A DNA stretch of 32,000 bases from Nostoc sp. PCC 7120 = FACHB-418 (GCF_000009705.1 NC_003272.1:3840001-3872000), one strand, 5' to 3'. Shown: positions 1-8,214, numbered from the stretch's first letter. Program-made: numbers and translations. The notes: a model not told the origin generated them from the sequence alone.

Positions 1-27
1 TTCCAGAATTTATTCCCATTGTTCCTC

Positions 28-57
28 TTGACAACCCAAGGTCTGAAAAGTTATCTT
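28..57 (+). promoter_or_regulatory. Candidate sigma70-type promoter in the putative CRISPR leader (TTGACA-N18-TATCTT)
   Basis: A perfect -35 hexamer ttgaca lies at 28-33. It is followed 18 nt later by tatctt at 52-57, which keeps the T1, A2 and T6 positions of TATAAT. The site is about 65 nt upstream of the first repeat and points in the direction implied by the repeat 3' end ATTGAAAC. Motif reading only. Confidence 0.25.
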
Positions 58-119
58 TGCCACAGATTAACGCAACTGAACCTTGAAAACCAAATACAGC
101 AATACTTCTGTAACTAGCC

Positions 120-737
120 GTTGCAACACCATATAATCCCTATTAGGGATTGAAACAAGCTTTTTGCGGGATGGGGCAAGTGTGGGTGAAGTTGCAACAC
201 CATATAATCCCTATTAGGGATTGAAACCGGGCAATGCAGGAGTGCAACCCGACCAAGACCGGTTGCAACACCATATAATCCCTATTAGGGATTGAAACAA
301 GTAAAGACCTATTTTACCTAATAACCAGTCTCTACCAGCTTGGTTGCAACACCATATAATCCCTATTAGGGATTGAAACAAGTAAAGACCCAACCGACGA
401 AGCTCCTTTTTAAGAGTTGCAACACCATATAATCCCTATTAGGGATTGAAACATCATTGATTTCATACACAACTCGCACAGCTATAAGGTTGCAACACCA
501 TATAATCCCTATTAGGGATTGAAACTTGATTTCGGTTATTGCGTTATCCCTCCTAAAAGTTGCAACACCATATAATCCCTATTAGGGATTGAAACCAACG
601 ACTAGGGCATGGAGTCTAGACCAGACGGTAGTTGCAACACCATATAATCCCTATTAGGGATTGAAACCTATTTCCTGAAACGATTTAGACAAGGATCTTT
701 GTTGCAACACCATATAATCCCTATTAGGGATTGAAAC
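120..737 (+). CRISPR. CRISPR array: 9 identical 37-nt repeats GTTGCAACACCATATAATCCCTATTAGGGATTGAAAC and 8 unique spacers
   Basis: Repeats lie at 120-156, 191-227, 262-298, 343-379, 416-452, 489-525, 559-595, 631-667 and 701-737, and all are identical by eye. Spacers are 34, 34, 44, 36, 36, 33, 35 and 33 nt. The repeat has an internal palindrome (AATCCCTA-T-TAGGGATT). It ends in ATTGAAAC, the 8-nt 5'-handle type produced by Cas6 processing, so orientation is assigned to the + strand. Confidence 0.97.
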
Positions 738-823
738 AACATGAAATTTCAAACTCTTTATCCTCTCTGCGTCTCTGCGTGATAGAAATCATCCCGCATT
801 GATGCAACGCGCCCAAGCCCCGA

Positions 824-1738
824 TTAAGTCTTGACTTGTTCCCTGTATACCCTGGGTGTAATACCCATGAGTTTACGAAATACATTTGTGAAGTGGCTTT
901 GGCTTTGAAAGCCGACTTGGGTGCATATTTGCTCTATGGTTTTGTTAGTGCTACCCAGTAACTTTTTTGCGCGTTCAATTCGGCAATTCATAACATACTG
1001 ATGTGGTGCAAAACCTGTTGATTGCTTAAATTGGCGCGAAAAGTAATACATACTCATTCCTACTGCTGTGGAAATATCGACCAAAGTCAAATCTTGGTCA
1101 AGGTTTTCATGAATGTAGGAAATTGCTTGCCTGAGTTTCCAGTGTGAAAGTCCTTTATGATGATGGTCGTCAAGGATTGTTCCACCTGTTACGCAATAGT
1201 GTTTGAGTAGGTGAATACACAGCGTGGTTGTTAGAGACTCAATGTAAATGCTGCTACCTTTATGCTCAGATTCTAGTTCTGTTTGAAGTGCTAGCCCAAT
1301 TTGTTGAACTAAGGGATCTGGTGCAGCAAAACGAGGTTTTATTTCAATTTTCTGTAAATCTCCAGCTTCTATCACCATACGTGTAAAAAAAGCTGGTTCT
1401 ACACTGAGGACTAAAAATTTTGTTTCTGATTGCCAGCGTGATATGTGATGAGTTTGGGCAGGAATGATTGCCACATCGCCCTTAGCTATATTCTCATACT
1501 GCAAACGCCCATCAAGTATGCGCTCTAAACGGACTATTTGCTGGTCTAAGCTAACAGTGAGGACGTGTTGCTGTGGGCTGTGTTCTGGAGTTTCATGGCC
1601 AGGCTGTTGGTGAACATCTAACCGTAGACCTTGCCATTGGGCATGATAACTAGAAACCAGGGGCGATCGCGGTAGAATTTCTGTATAGGCATCTTCTTGA
1701 GTAAAATCAACACTTAAGATTTTCTCTTCCGACATCAT
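824..1738 (-). CDS. AraC/XylS-family transcriptional regulator with an N-terminal cupin-like sensor domain
   Basis: The C-terminal ~100 aa form a typical double helix-turn-helix (LTLVDISTAVGMSMYYFSRQFK...IEQICTQVGFQSQSHFTNVFRKLMGITPRVYR). The track start at 1744 is GTG; the first ATG codons end at 1738 and 1735. Confidence 0.85.
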   Translation of the reverse strand: MMSEEKILSVDFTQEDAYTEILPRSPLVSSYHAQWQGLRLDVHQQPGHETPEHSPQQHVLTVSLDQQIVRLERILDGRLQYENIAKGDVAIIPAQTHHISRWQSETKFLVLSVEPAFFTRMVIEAGDLQKIEIKPRFAAPDPLVQQIGLALQTELESEHKGSSIYIESLTTTLCIHLLKHYCVTGGTILDDHHHKGLSHWKLRQAISYIHENLDQDLTLVDISTAVGMSMYYFSRQFKQSTGFAPHQYVMNCRIERAKKLLGSTNKTIEQICTQVGFQSQSHFTNVFRKLMGITPRVYREQVKT

Positions 1739-1897
1739 TCTCACCCCAAGGTTTTGGGTTTTGGTGTAACAGTATATTCAGTATGCGCCAAAAATTAAGT
1801 TAGTCAAAGCAATTGGCAATTTAACTGAAATTTACTGAATTAATACTATATTAAAATACTTTGTGTACTTAATACTTAAATCAATACAGAAATAGTT

Positions 1898-2299
1898 ATG
1901 AGTTCAATAAGTTACTACGTTATCTATGATGGCAATTGTAATCTCTGCGTTACTTTAGTAAAATTGCTAGAAACCTTAGACCAAGGCAAGATTTTCCATT
2001 ATATCCCTATGCAGGATGAGCAGGCGATCGCTCAATGGGAAATTACGCCCCAAGGTTGTGAACTAGGAGTAATTTTAATTGATGCTAAGGAGCCGCAACG
2101 ACGTTGGCAAGGAAGCGACGCAGCCGAAGAAATTGGTCGTTTATTGCCCCTTGGTAGTATTTTTGTCGATGCTTATCGAGCTTTACCGGGGGTGAAATGG
2201 GTAGGCGATCGCGTTTATGCCCAAGTCCGCGATAACCGTTATACTCTCTTTGGTCAGCGTTCTTGTACTTACCAGTCCCCTTATAGAACCGCTCAATAA
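1898..2299 (+). CDS. DCC-family thiol-disulfide oxidoreductase (DUF393)
   Basis: N-terminal YDGNCNLCVTLVKLLE motif (YDGxCxLC), about 130 aa, ATG start. Confidence 0.7.
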   Translation: MSSISYYVIYDGNCNLCVTLVKLLETLDQGKIFHYIPMQDEQAIAQWEITPQGCELGVILIDAKEPQRRWQGSDAAEEIGRLLPLGSIFVDAYRALPGVKWVGDRVYAQVRDNRYTLFGQRSCTYQSPYRTAQ

Positions 2300-2300
2300 G

Positions 2301-2328
2301 TAATTGGTAATGGGTGATTGGTAATTGT
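2301..2328. repeat. STRR-type heptamer array (taattgg taatggg tgattgg taattgt)
   Basis: Four tandem 7-nt units read directly. GGTAATGGGT (2306-2315) pairs with ACCCATTACC (2341-2350) to give a 10-bp hairpin between convergent genes. Confidence 0.7.
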
Positions 2329-2359
2329 GAAGAAGACTTTACCCATTACCCTGATTAAT

Positions 2360-2791
2360 TCATTGCCTAGCAGTAGACAATTTCCCTAAAAGCCGATTCC
2401 GGATTACTTTTAATTGCTCTTGGTTACTGATTGGGGATCGTGGTGTGGGTAGTTCAGTATTCGGCCAACCTGGTAAACTACCACAGGGACAGGATAATGG
2501 AGGCATACCGAGATTACGCATCGGTACTGGCATGGCGCAACGACCACAAGCTATCATGTCCCATCCGGGGGTTAGCAGCTCGGCAATAGTTTCTTCCGTC
2601 CCTTCGAGATAACAGTCACCAGTTGATGGTGAGAGAATCTTTTGCCAACAGTCTTCAAATTCTTGACTATAGCGATCGCCTTGGAATATAGGTTGAGGCA
2701 ACAAGTGTGTCCCCTCATTACCGACCACTACTTTCTTACCCAACTGAAACCAGTAGGCAAGATATGTTTTCACTTCTTCTTTGGTTGCCAT
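2360..2791 (-). CDS. Conserved-looking hypothetical protein with a Cys-rich C-terminal half
   Basis: 143-aa ORF with an ATG start and no overlap with a better gene. Cys motifs CGRC...CPCG suggest a small metal-binding module. I recognise no family. Confidence 0.55.
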   Translation of the reverse strand: MATKEEVKTYLAYWFQLGKKVVVGNEGTHLLPQPIFQGDRYSQEFEDCWQKILSPSTGDCYLEGTEETIAELLTPGWDMIACGRCAMPVPMRNLGMPPLSCPCGSLPGWPNTELPTPRSPISNQEQLKVIRNRLLGKLSTARQ

Positions 2792-2919
2792 ACCACGATC
2801 TTACAATCGGTATTAGGAATTTTGCAGACTAACTACTTAATTTTCTATTAAGAAAGTGTCTGACTTTGCACAGCAAAATAATAATCAAGTTCTCTTAATA
2901 TTTATTAATTAATACTTAA

Positions 2920-3474
2920 TCATTCGTAATCTGTTGAGTCTGGTAATCGTGTTGCCAAAGCGGTGAGATTGAGAGCATAACCGCCAGTGACTAAGTAAAC
3001 GCTATCGCACATCCCACCTAATTGGCGGACTAAAGCACCAAGGCGATCGCGGAATTTCCTTCCTAAAGGGTATGCTGGCACTATGCCCCAACCAGTTTCT
3101 TCCGCCACAAAAACCATATCAGCCGCAACTAGCTGTACTGTTACCAAAAATTCTGCTACAGTGCTTGCCCAACTAACTTCATCTTGTTCTAAAAGATTCG
3201 CTACCCAAGTTCCCAGAGAATCTACCAAAACACAACTGTTAGCCTTGGTATCTGCCAGAGTCATAGATAATGTAGTTGGAACTTCTAGGGTTATCCAATC
3301 TTGAGGACGGCGGTTTTGATGTTGTTGAATACGTTCTTGCCATTCTGCATCATCCGGGTTACTGGTTGCTGTAGCCACGTAAATCACCGTCTTCCCTGAC
3401 TCTCTTGCCCAAATCTCTGCCCATTCACTTTTTCCAGACCTAGCCGGCCCCGTAATTAAGATCACTTGTCCCAA
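2920..3474 (-). CDS. cobU: Bifunctional adenosylcobinamide kinase / adenosylcobinamide-phosphate guanylyltransferase (CobU/CobP)
   Basis: The P-loop starts at the N-terminus (ILITGPARSGKSEWAE), the length is ~184 aa, and the layout matches the CobU family. The start is TTG at 3474, or GTG at 3465. Confidence 0.85.
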   Translation of the reverse strand: MGQVILITGPARSGKSEWAEIWARESGKTVIYVATATSNPDDAEWQERIQQHQNRRPQDWITLEVPTTLSMTLADTKANSCVLVDSLGTWVANLLEQDEVSWASTVAEFLVTVQLVAADMVFVAEETGWGIVPAYPLGRKFRDRLGALVRQLGGMCDSVYLVTGGYALNLTALATRLPDSTDYE

Positions 3475-3519
3475 AGTTGTTTCCCCAATTGATTTATCGG
3501 ATTAATTTTCTTTTCGGAA

Positions 3520-3646
3520 GGGTGTAATACCAATTCAAAATTCAAAATTCAAAATTCAAAATTAAGAAACCTATATTTTGCAAAGGTTTCTGGGTTCGGA
3601 TTTGTATCACAATTTTAGTGAAATGGTATAAGGGTTTTATACACCC
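3520..3646. mobile_element. MITE-like insertion (~127 bp) with imperfect terminal inverted repeats, carrying a TTCAAAA heptamer array
   Basis: The left end GGGTGTAATACC (3520-3531) faces the right end GGTTTTATACACCC (3633-3646). There is an internal hairpin GAAACCT...AGGTTTC. Sub-terminal segments (TAATACCAAyTCAA... and ...GATTTGT...AAwTGGTATAA) are shared with the element at 27123-27266. Confidence 0.35.
3534..3561. repeat. STRR-type heptamer array, 4 perfect copies of TTCAAAA
   Basis: Read directly. The same unit, reverse-complemented (TTTTGAA), recurs at 7347-7374 and 29782-29802. Confidence 0.85.
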
Positions 3647-3827
3647 ATAAACCTAAACCCCCATACCCCTTACATTAAGAAAATTTAGTGTAAATAAATA
3701 ACTTTTAAGAGATAAAATTATCACCAGCATTATTTATGCCAAAATTGGCACAAGCTAAAAAATCTTAACACCCCCATTTTGAATTATTAATATAGCTTTG
3801 GGGAACGTAGATTTGAGGAATAGGTAA

Positions 3828-4622
3828 ATGAAAGCAGGCATAAAACGCATTGAAGCAACTTTACATGATTTGGGAACAAAGGACACTGCGGCGATAGAAG
3901 TAAGTGATTCTACAAAACGCCCACTATCTTTTAGGATTAGTGTTGCAGGTAAAGACACAGCCGAAAGTGAAAGTAACAGCCCAGAACAGACACAGAATCT
4001 GGACATAGATACCCAGTTTGACCATTCTCCTGAACAGAATTTATTTCCCCACCATAGTTCTGTGCAGACTTTTCCGGCACAGGAGGGGCTAGGCAAAACA
4101 CCAAGCTTGCCAAAATTTAAGACACCTACCTTCAGTAGTCATCGCCACGGCGCAAACCCGGCGTTGGCGATAAATATGCTGCAAGAAATTCAGGAAATCG
4201 TTTCTGGTTGGCAGCAAGAACTACACAATATACTACAACAAATCCAAGATATTTACTTAGAAGGGCCTATTGTTAATGGTTGGTTAGAATCCAATCCTGG
4301 GGAAGCTGAAGCTGTTGGTACTGCTACGTTACGCCACGCAGAAGTTGATCGCCTCATGAATTACGTAGAAGAAATTTGTGCTAATGATGGGAAAGTACCT
4401 CATCAAACTCCCCGCACTGGTTATCATCTTTGTGGGCTGGATAATTCTGGTAGAGTTTGGTCGCGGCCATGTCCAGCAGATCAGTTGGCTAGTGTGAGTA
4501 TGGCGATCGCCCGTTACCAAAAATTACGTCAATTTTTGGGACGCAAGCAATATCTGGAAACTCGCCTCAGTCAATTAGCTGAAACCCTCGTAGTTTTACA
4601 TAGTCACATTCAACAAACCTGA
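3828..4622 (+). CDS. Hypothetical protein (low-complexity N-terminal third, helical and Cys-containing C-terminal part)
   Basis: 264-aa ORF with an ATG preceded by GAGGA. The N-terminal ~110 aa are rich in S/T/P/Q/E. The C-terminal part has heptad-like LQEIQEIVSGWQQELHNILQQIQDIYL. No family recognised. Confidence 0.6.
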   Translation: MKAGIKRIEATLHDLGTKDTAAIEVSDSTKRPLSFRISVAGKDTAESESNSPEQTQNLDIDTQFDHSPEQNLFPHHSSVQTFPAQEGLGKTPSLPKFKTPTFSSHRHGANPALAINMLQEIQEIVSGWQQELHNILQQIQDIYLEGPIVNGWLESNPGEAEAVGTATLRHAEVDRLMNYVEEICANDGKVPHQTPRTGYHLCGLDNSGRVWSRPCPADQLASVSMAIARYQKLRQFLGRKQYLETRLSQLAETLVVLHSHIQQT

Positions 4623-4811
4623 ACTCATAACATTATTTCCGCAAAAACGCGGTTGGTAAGGAGGAAAGCTAAGTATAGATTAAGTTTCAGTAGTTAAGGG
4701 CAAAATTTAAGATTGATTAGCGGCTCAATAATCATCAATACGACTTACTTCGAGTTAGATTAATTACGAATTACAAATTACGAGCGAACGTAAAATCCAC
4801 CACCCATAACC

Positions 4812-5753
4812 ATGCCAGATCCGCAAATCTCTGCCATTATCTGTACACACAATCGAGATACCTATCTAGGTGCAGCGATTGATAGCTTGTTAGTGCAAGA
4901 TTTTGCTGGTGAGTTTGAAGTTGTGGTCATAGACAACGGATCTAGCGATCGCACCCGTGAAGTAGTCGAGCAAAGATCCAGTGATTCTCGTTTAAAGTAT
5001 GTCTTTGAACCCACCATTGGCTTATCTGTAGCCAGAAACACTGGTGCTAAATTTGCCAGCGCCGAAATTCTGGCTTACTTGGATGATGATGCAGTTGCTA
5101 GTACTCACTGGTTACAAGTATTGTACGCTGCTTATCAAAACTATCCTCAACTAGCGATCGCTGGTGGTAAAGTCACCCTCCTATGGCCTCCAGATACCCA
5201 GCCACCAAGGTGGTTATCTTCTGGGTTAGCAGGCAACTTGGGAGCCTATGACTTAGGGGACAAAGTGGTTTACATTCAGCAACCAGGCTTAACACCAAGG
5301 GGATTGAATTACTCTATCCGCCGTACCTTTCTCGAAGAAATTGGAGGTTTTGACCCTCATCTTGGTCGCGTCGGCAAAAACCTCCTATCCAATGAGGAAC
5401 TACAAATGACAGAACTAGCGCTCACAGGGGGTTGGCAAGTTGCTTATCTTCCAGAAGCTTTGGTTGCTCACAACGTTGCGCCAGAACGCCTCAATCGCTC
5501 CTGGTTTTTAAATCGGGGTTGGTGGCAAGGAATTAGTGAGTGTTATCGAGAACAACTATCAGGGAAAGCCGGTGTTGGACAGTTATCAAGGGGTGGGGAA
5601 CGGTTAGCGCGTGGCTTGTATAAAGCATTCCGATATTTTTCTAATCCAGCAGAACGTTTTGATAACTTGGTATATGCTTATGGTCAAATAGGTTACTTAA
5701 ATGCTGTCCTTCAAGGTCTGCTGTTTACAGCTAATAATAAAGGTAGTCAATAG
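4812..5753 (+). CDS. Family 2 glycosyltransferase
   Basis: N-terminal ISAIICTHNRDTYLGAAIDSLLVQ, then VVIDNGSSD, then LDDD, which is the GT-A/GT2 signature. Confidence 0.85.
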   Translation: MPDPQISAIICTHNRDTYLGAAIDSLLVQDFAGEFEVVVIDNGSSDRTREVVEQRSSDSRLKYVFEPTIGLSVARNTGAKFASAEILAYLDDDAVASTHWLQVLYAAYQNYPQLAIAGGKVTLLWPPDTQPPRWLSSGLAGNLGAYDLGDKVVYIQQPGLTPRGLNYSIRRTFLEEIGGFDPHLGRVGKNLLSNEELQMTELALTGGWQVAYLPEALVAHNVAPERLNRSWFLNRGWWQGISECYREQLSGKAGVGQLSRGGERLARGLYKAFRYFSNPAERFDNLVYAYGQIGYLNAVLQGLLFTANNKGSQ

Positions 5754-5773
5754 TCCCTTAAACTAAATTATAT

Positions 5774-6715
5774 ATGTCTTCTAAAGTTCCCGTTTCTGTA
5801 CTCATTCCTGCCAAAAATGAACAGGCTAATCTGCCAGCCTGTCTTGATAGCCTACAAAGAGCAGATGAGATATTTATTGTAGATTCTCAAAGTACTGATA
5901 AGAGCATTGAAATTGCCAAAAACTACGGTGTAAATCTAGTACAGTTCTACTTTAATGGACGCTGGCCGAAAAAGAAAAATTGGTCTTTAGATAACTTGCC
6001 ATTTCGCAACGAGTGGGTATTAATTGTAGACTGTGATGAACGTATTCCCAATGAATTGTGGGATGAAATTGCCCAAGTCATCAAAACAGAAGAATATACA
6101 GGTTACTATCTCAATCGTCGTGTATTTTTCTTAGGTAAGTGGATTCGCTACGGTGGCAAATATCCTGATTGGAATCTGCGGTTATTTAAGCATAAGTTAG
6201 GTCGCTACGAAAATCTGCATACCGAAGATGTACCAAATACTGGTGATAACGAAGTCCATGAACACGTTGTCATGCAGGGCAAAGTTGGTTATCTCAAAGA
6301 AGATATGCTTCATGAAGATTTCCGCGACATTTACCACTGGTTAGAAAGACACAATCGTTATTCCAATTGGGAAGCTCGCGTTTATTACAACCTGATTACA
6401 GGTCAAGATGATAGCGATACTATTGGAGCCAATTTATTTGGTGAAGCCGTACAACGCAAGCGCTTTCTCAAGAGAGTCTGGGTACGTCTGCCATTTAAGC
6501 CACTTTTAAGGTTTATTTTGTTCTACGTTATTCGCTTAGGTTTTTTAGATGGTCGAGCCGGATATATTTATGGCAGGCTGCTCAGTCAATATGAATATCA
6601 AATTGGCGTTAAACTCTACGAATTACGTAATTGTGGTGGTACATTAAATACTGCAAATACATCTAATCCTATCCCGCCATCTCTCACCCAAGAAATCGAG
6701 AAATCTACAACTTAG
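5774..6715 (+). CDS. Family 2 glycosyltransferase
   Basis: VSVLIPAKNEQANLPACLDSL, then IVDSQSTD, then VDCDE. It starts 20 nt after the preceding GT2 gene on the same strand. Confidence 0.85.
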   Translation: MSSKVPVSVLIPAKNEQANLPACLDSLQRADEIFIVDSQSTDKSIEIAKNYGVNLVQFYFNGRWPKKKNWSLDNLPFRNEWVLIVDCDERIPNELWDEIAQVIKTEEYTGYYLNRRVFFLGKWIRYGGKYPDWNLRLFKHKLGRYENLHTEDVPNTGDNEVHEHVVMQGKVGYLKEDMLHEDFRDIYHWLERHNRYSNWEARVYYNLITGQDDSDTIGANLFGEAVQRKRFLKRVWVRLPFKPLLRFILFYVIRLGFLDGRAGYIYGRLLSQYEYQIGVKLYELRNCGGTLNTANTSNPIPPSLTQEIEKSTT

Positions 6716-6743
6716 AAGATGCGGGGGAGATGACTGTTGACTA

Positions 6744-7307
6744 ATGACTAACGACAAACCCTTTGTAGATTTACGCCAGTATGACCAATCTTGGTTTGAT
6801 CGGGGGCGTTCAGCTTGGTATATTTTGTTATGGTGGTTGGTGCAGGCGATCGCATTTCCTCTGACTCCCCATTTTTCTAGTAACATCCGTTGTTGGATAT
6901 TACGTCTGTTTGGTGCGCGGATTGGTAAAGGTGTGGTGGTTCGTCCAACTGCGCGTTTTACCTTTCCCTGGAAAGTCACCATCGGAGATTACAGTTGGGT
7001 TGGCGATGATGTAGTTTTCTACAGTCTAGATGAGATTCACATCGGTCAACACTGCGTAATTTCCCAGAAAAGTTACCTCTGTACAGGTAGCCATGATATC
7101 CAAGACCCGACATTCAGACTAAAGGTAGCAGGGATTACCATTGGTAACGGTGCTTGGGTCGCTACAGATTGTTTCATCGCGCCAGGGGTGCAAATAGGAG
7201 CTAACGCAGTGATTGGCGCTCGCAGCAGCGTTTTTACTAGTATGCCGACTGGGCAGGTTTGCTGGGGTAGCCCTTGCCGTCCCCAGCATCCCAGGTTGAA
7301 GGAGTGA
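6744..7307 (+). CDS. Hexapeptide-repeat (left-handed beta-helix) O-acetyltransferase, WcaF-like
   Basis: The N-terminus (DLRQYDQSWFDRGRSAWYILLWWLVQ) resembles colanic-acid acetyltransferase WcaF. The C-terminal half has hexapeptide repeats (IGNGAWVATDCFIAPGVQIGANAVIGARSSV). Confidence 0.7.
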   Translation: MTNDKPFVDLRQYDQSWFDRGRSAWYILLWWLVQAIAFPLTPHFSSNIRCWILRLFGARIGKGVVVRPTARFTFPWKVTIGDYSWVGDDVVFYSLDEIHIGQHCVISQKSYLCTGSHDIQDPTFRLKVAGITIGNGAWVATDCFIAPGVQIGANAVIGARSSVFTSMPTGQVCWGSPCRPQHPRLKE

Positions 7308-7346
7308 GGGGGAGTAGGGAAGCAGGGGAGGCAGGGGGGAATTGTT

Positions 7347-7374
7347 GAATTTTGAACTTTGAATTTTGAATTGA
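7347..7374. repeat. STRR-type heptamer array (gaatttt gaacttt gaatttt gaattga)
   Basis: Read directly. It is flanked by the G-rich GGGAAGCAGGGGAGGCAGGGG motif, which recurs (either strand) at 8252-8275, 13283-13322 and 28728-28790. Confidence 0.75.
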
Positions 7375-7389
7375 TTCCTCCCCAATCCC

Positions 7390-8193
7390 CTACTGAAGTT
7401 TACGAGAAATCATTGGTTTGGCTACAACGTCATCCAAGCTAATACTAGTGAGTAATTTCCGCCAACGTTCTTGCATTGCTGGGTCTTGAGGATTTTTTTG
7501 CAGCATCTGAAACAGTGTGTTGGCCGCCTCGAACCAAATACCATTTTCCGCGTAGATGGCTACTTGTTGTAATGGTGATGCTGTTTCTAGTTGCTTGGTA
7601 GTTTCGGGTTTAAGCTGGACTCTTTGAACGACTCCTTCAACATAAATTGGGGGTGCTGGCTTTTGTTGGTCGCACTCTACGGTAAAAAACCAGCGATATT
7701 GCTTATCTACAGCTAAACCGACAGCATCCGCAGGCAGAGAAACGCTAATAATTCCTGGCTTGTCAGGTAGGGCGATCGCTTTTTGGTAAATAATATTTGT
7801 ATCCTGGTCTTGCAAAACAAATTCCGTCGGATAGGCAGAATCTTTGGCATACGGCACATAAAACAAGAATGTCGGATGTGCCTTTGTTGTCAATCCCCAA
7901 ACATTGGTGACTGTGGGAGCATCTTGAGTGAATGGTACTAAAGCTGTGAGTTGAGGTTCAACTGATGGGCAAGTACCCCGTTTAGCACCACCACGAACAC
8001 GCCCACCAGGACGACGTTCTGAACTAGGTAGAGGTGGTTGAGTAAAAGTAGTTTTTTTGTGAGCAGTACTTATATTGTTATTGTTATGTGGGTTAACAGG
8101 TGTTGTTGCTAATACCCAGGAATTTGCACTTAATAAACTTGTGTAGCCAATAGTTAAGGCCAATAATAGTTGGATCGGTTTTAAAGTAGACAT
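7390..8193 (-). CDS. Secreted DUF928-family protein
   Basis: From the ATG at 8193 there is a signal-peptide-like N-terminus (MSTLKPIQLLLALTIGYTSLLSA). Family-typical motifs follow: GGRVRGGAKRGTC, LTALVP, PTFLFYVP, YRWFFTVECD, VEGVVQRV and YAENGIWFEA. The track start at 8214 is TTG. Confidence 0.75.
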   Translation of the reverse strand: MSTLKPIQLLLALTIGYTSLLSANSWVLATTPVNPHNNNNISTAHKKTTFTQPPLPSSERRPGGRVRGGAKRGTCPSVEPQLTALVPFTQDAPTVTNVWGLTTKAHPTFLFYVPYAKDSAYPTEFVLQDQDTNIIYQKAIALPDKPGIISVSLPADAVGLAVDKQYRWFFTVECDQQKPAPPIYVEGVVQRVQLKPETTKQLETASPLQQVAIYAENGIWFEAANTLFQMLQKNPQDPAMQERWRKLLTSISLDDVVAKPMISRKLQ

Positions 8194-8214
8194 AGTATGT
8201 AAAACCAAATTCAA

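Noticed and set aside
1-116. Frame +1 is open from the window edge to TAG at 114-116; it could be the 3' end of a gene such as a cas gene
   Set aside because: The frame spans only 38 codons, which is not significant. The translation is featureless. A gene ending 4 nt before the first repeat would leave no leader. The region is treated as leader or intergenic.
801-837. Possible degenerate terminal CRISPR repeat (GATGCAACGCGCCCAAGCCCCGATTAAGTCTTGAC...), about 22 of 37 positions matching the repeat
   Set aside because: It is separated from repeat 9 by 63 nt, nearly twice a normal spacer. It lacks the palindromic core and overlaps the 3' end of the AraC-family gene. The similarity is too weak to call without a statistical alignment.
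3590-3602. GGGTTCGGATTT resembles a tRNA T-arm/T-loop
   Set aside because: No acceptor stem, D-arm or anticodon arm can be built from the surrounding AT-rich sequence, and it lies inside the MITE-like element.
3475-3827. Looked for a cobalamin riboswitch upstream of cobU
   Set aside because: The minus strand upstream of the gene has no GC-rich B12-box-like core. The region is AT-rich and dominated by repeats.
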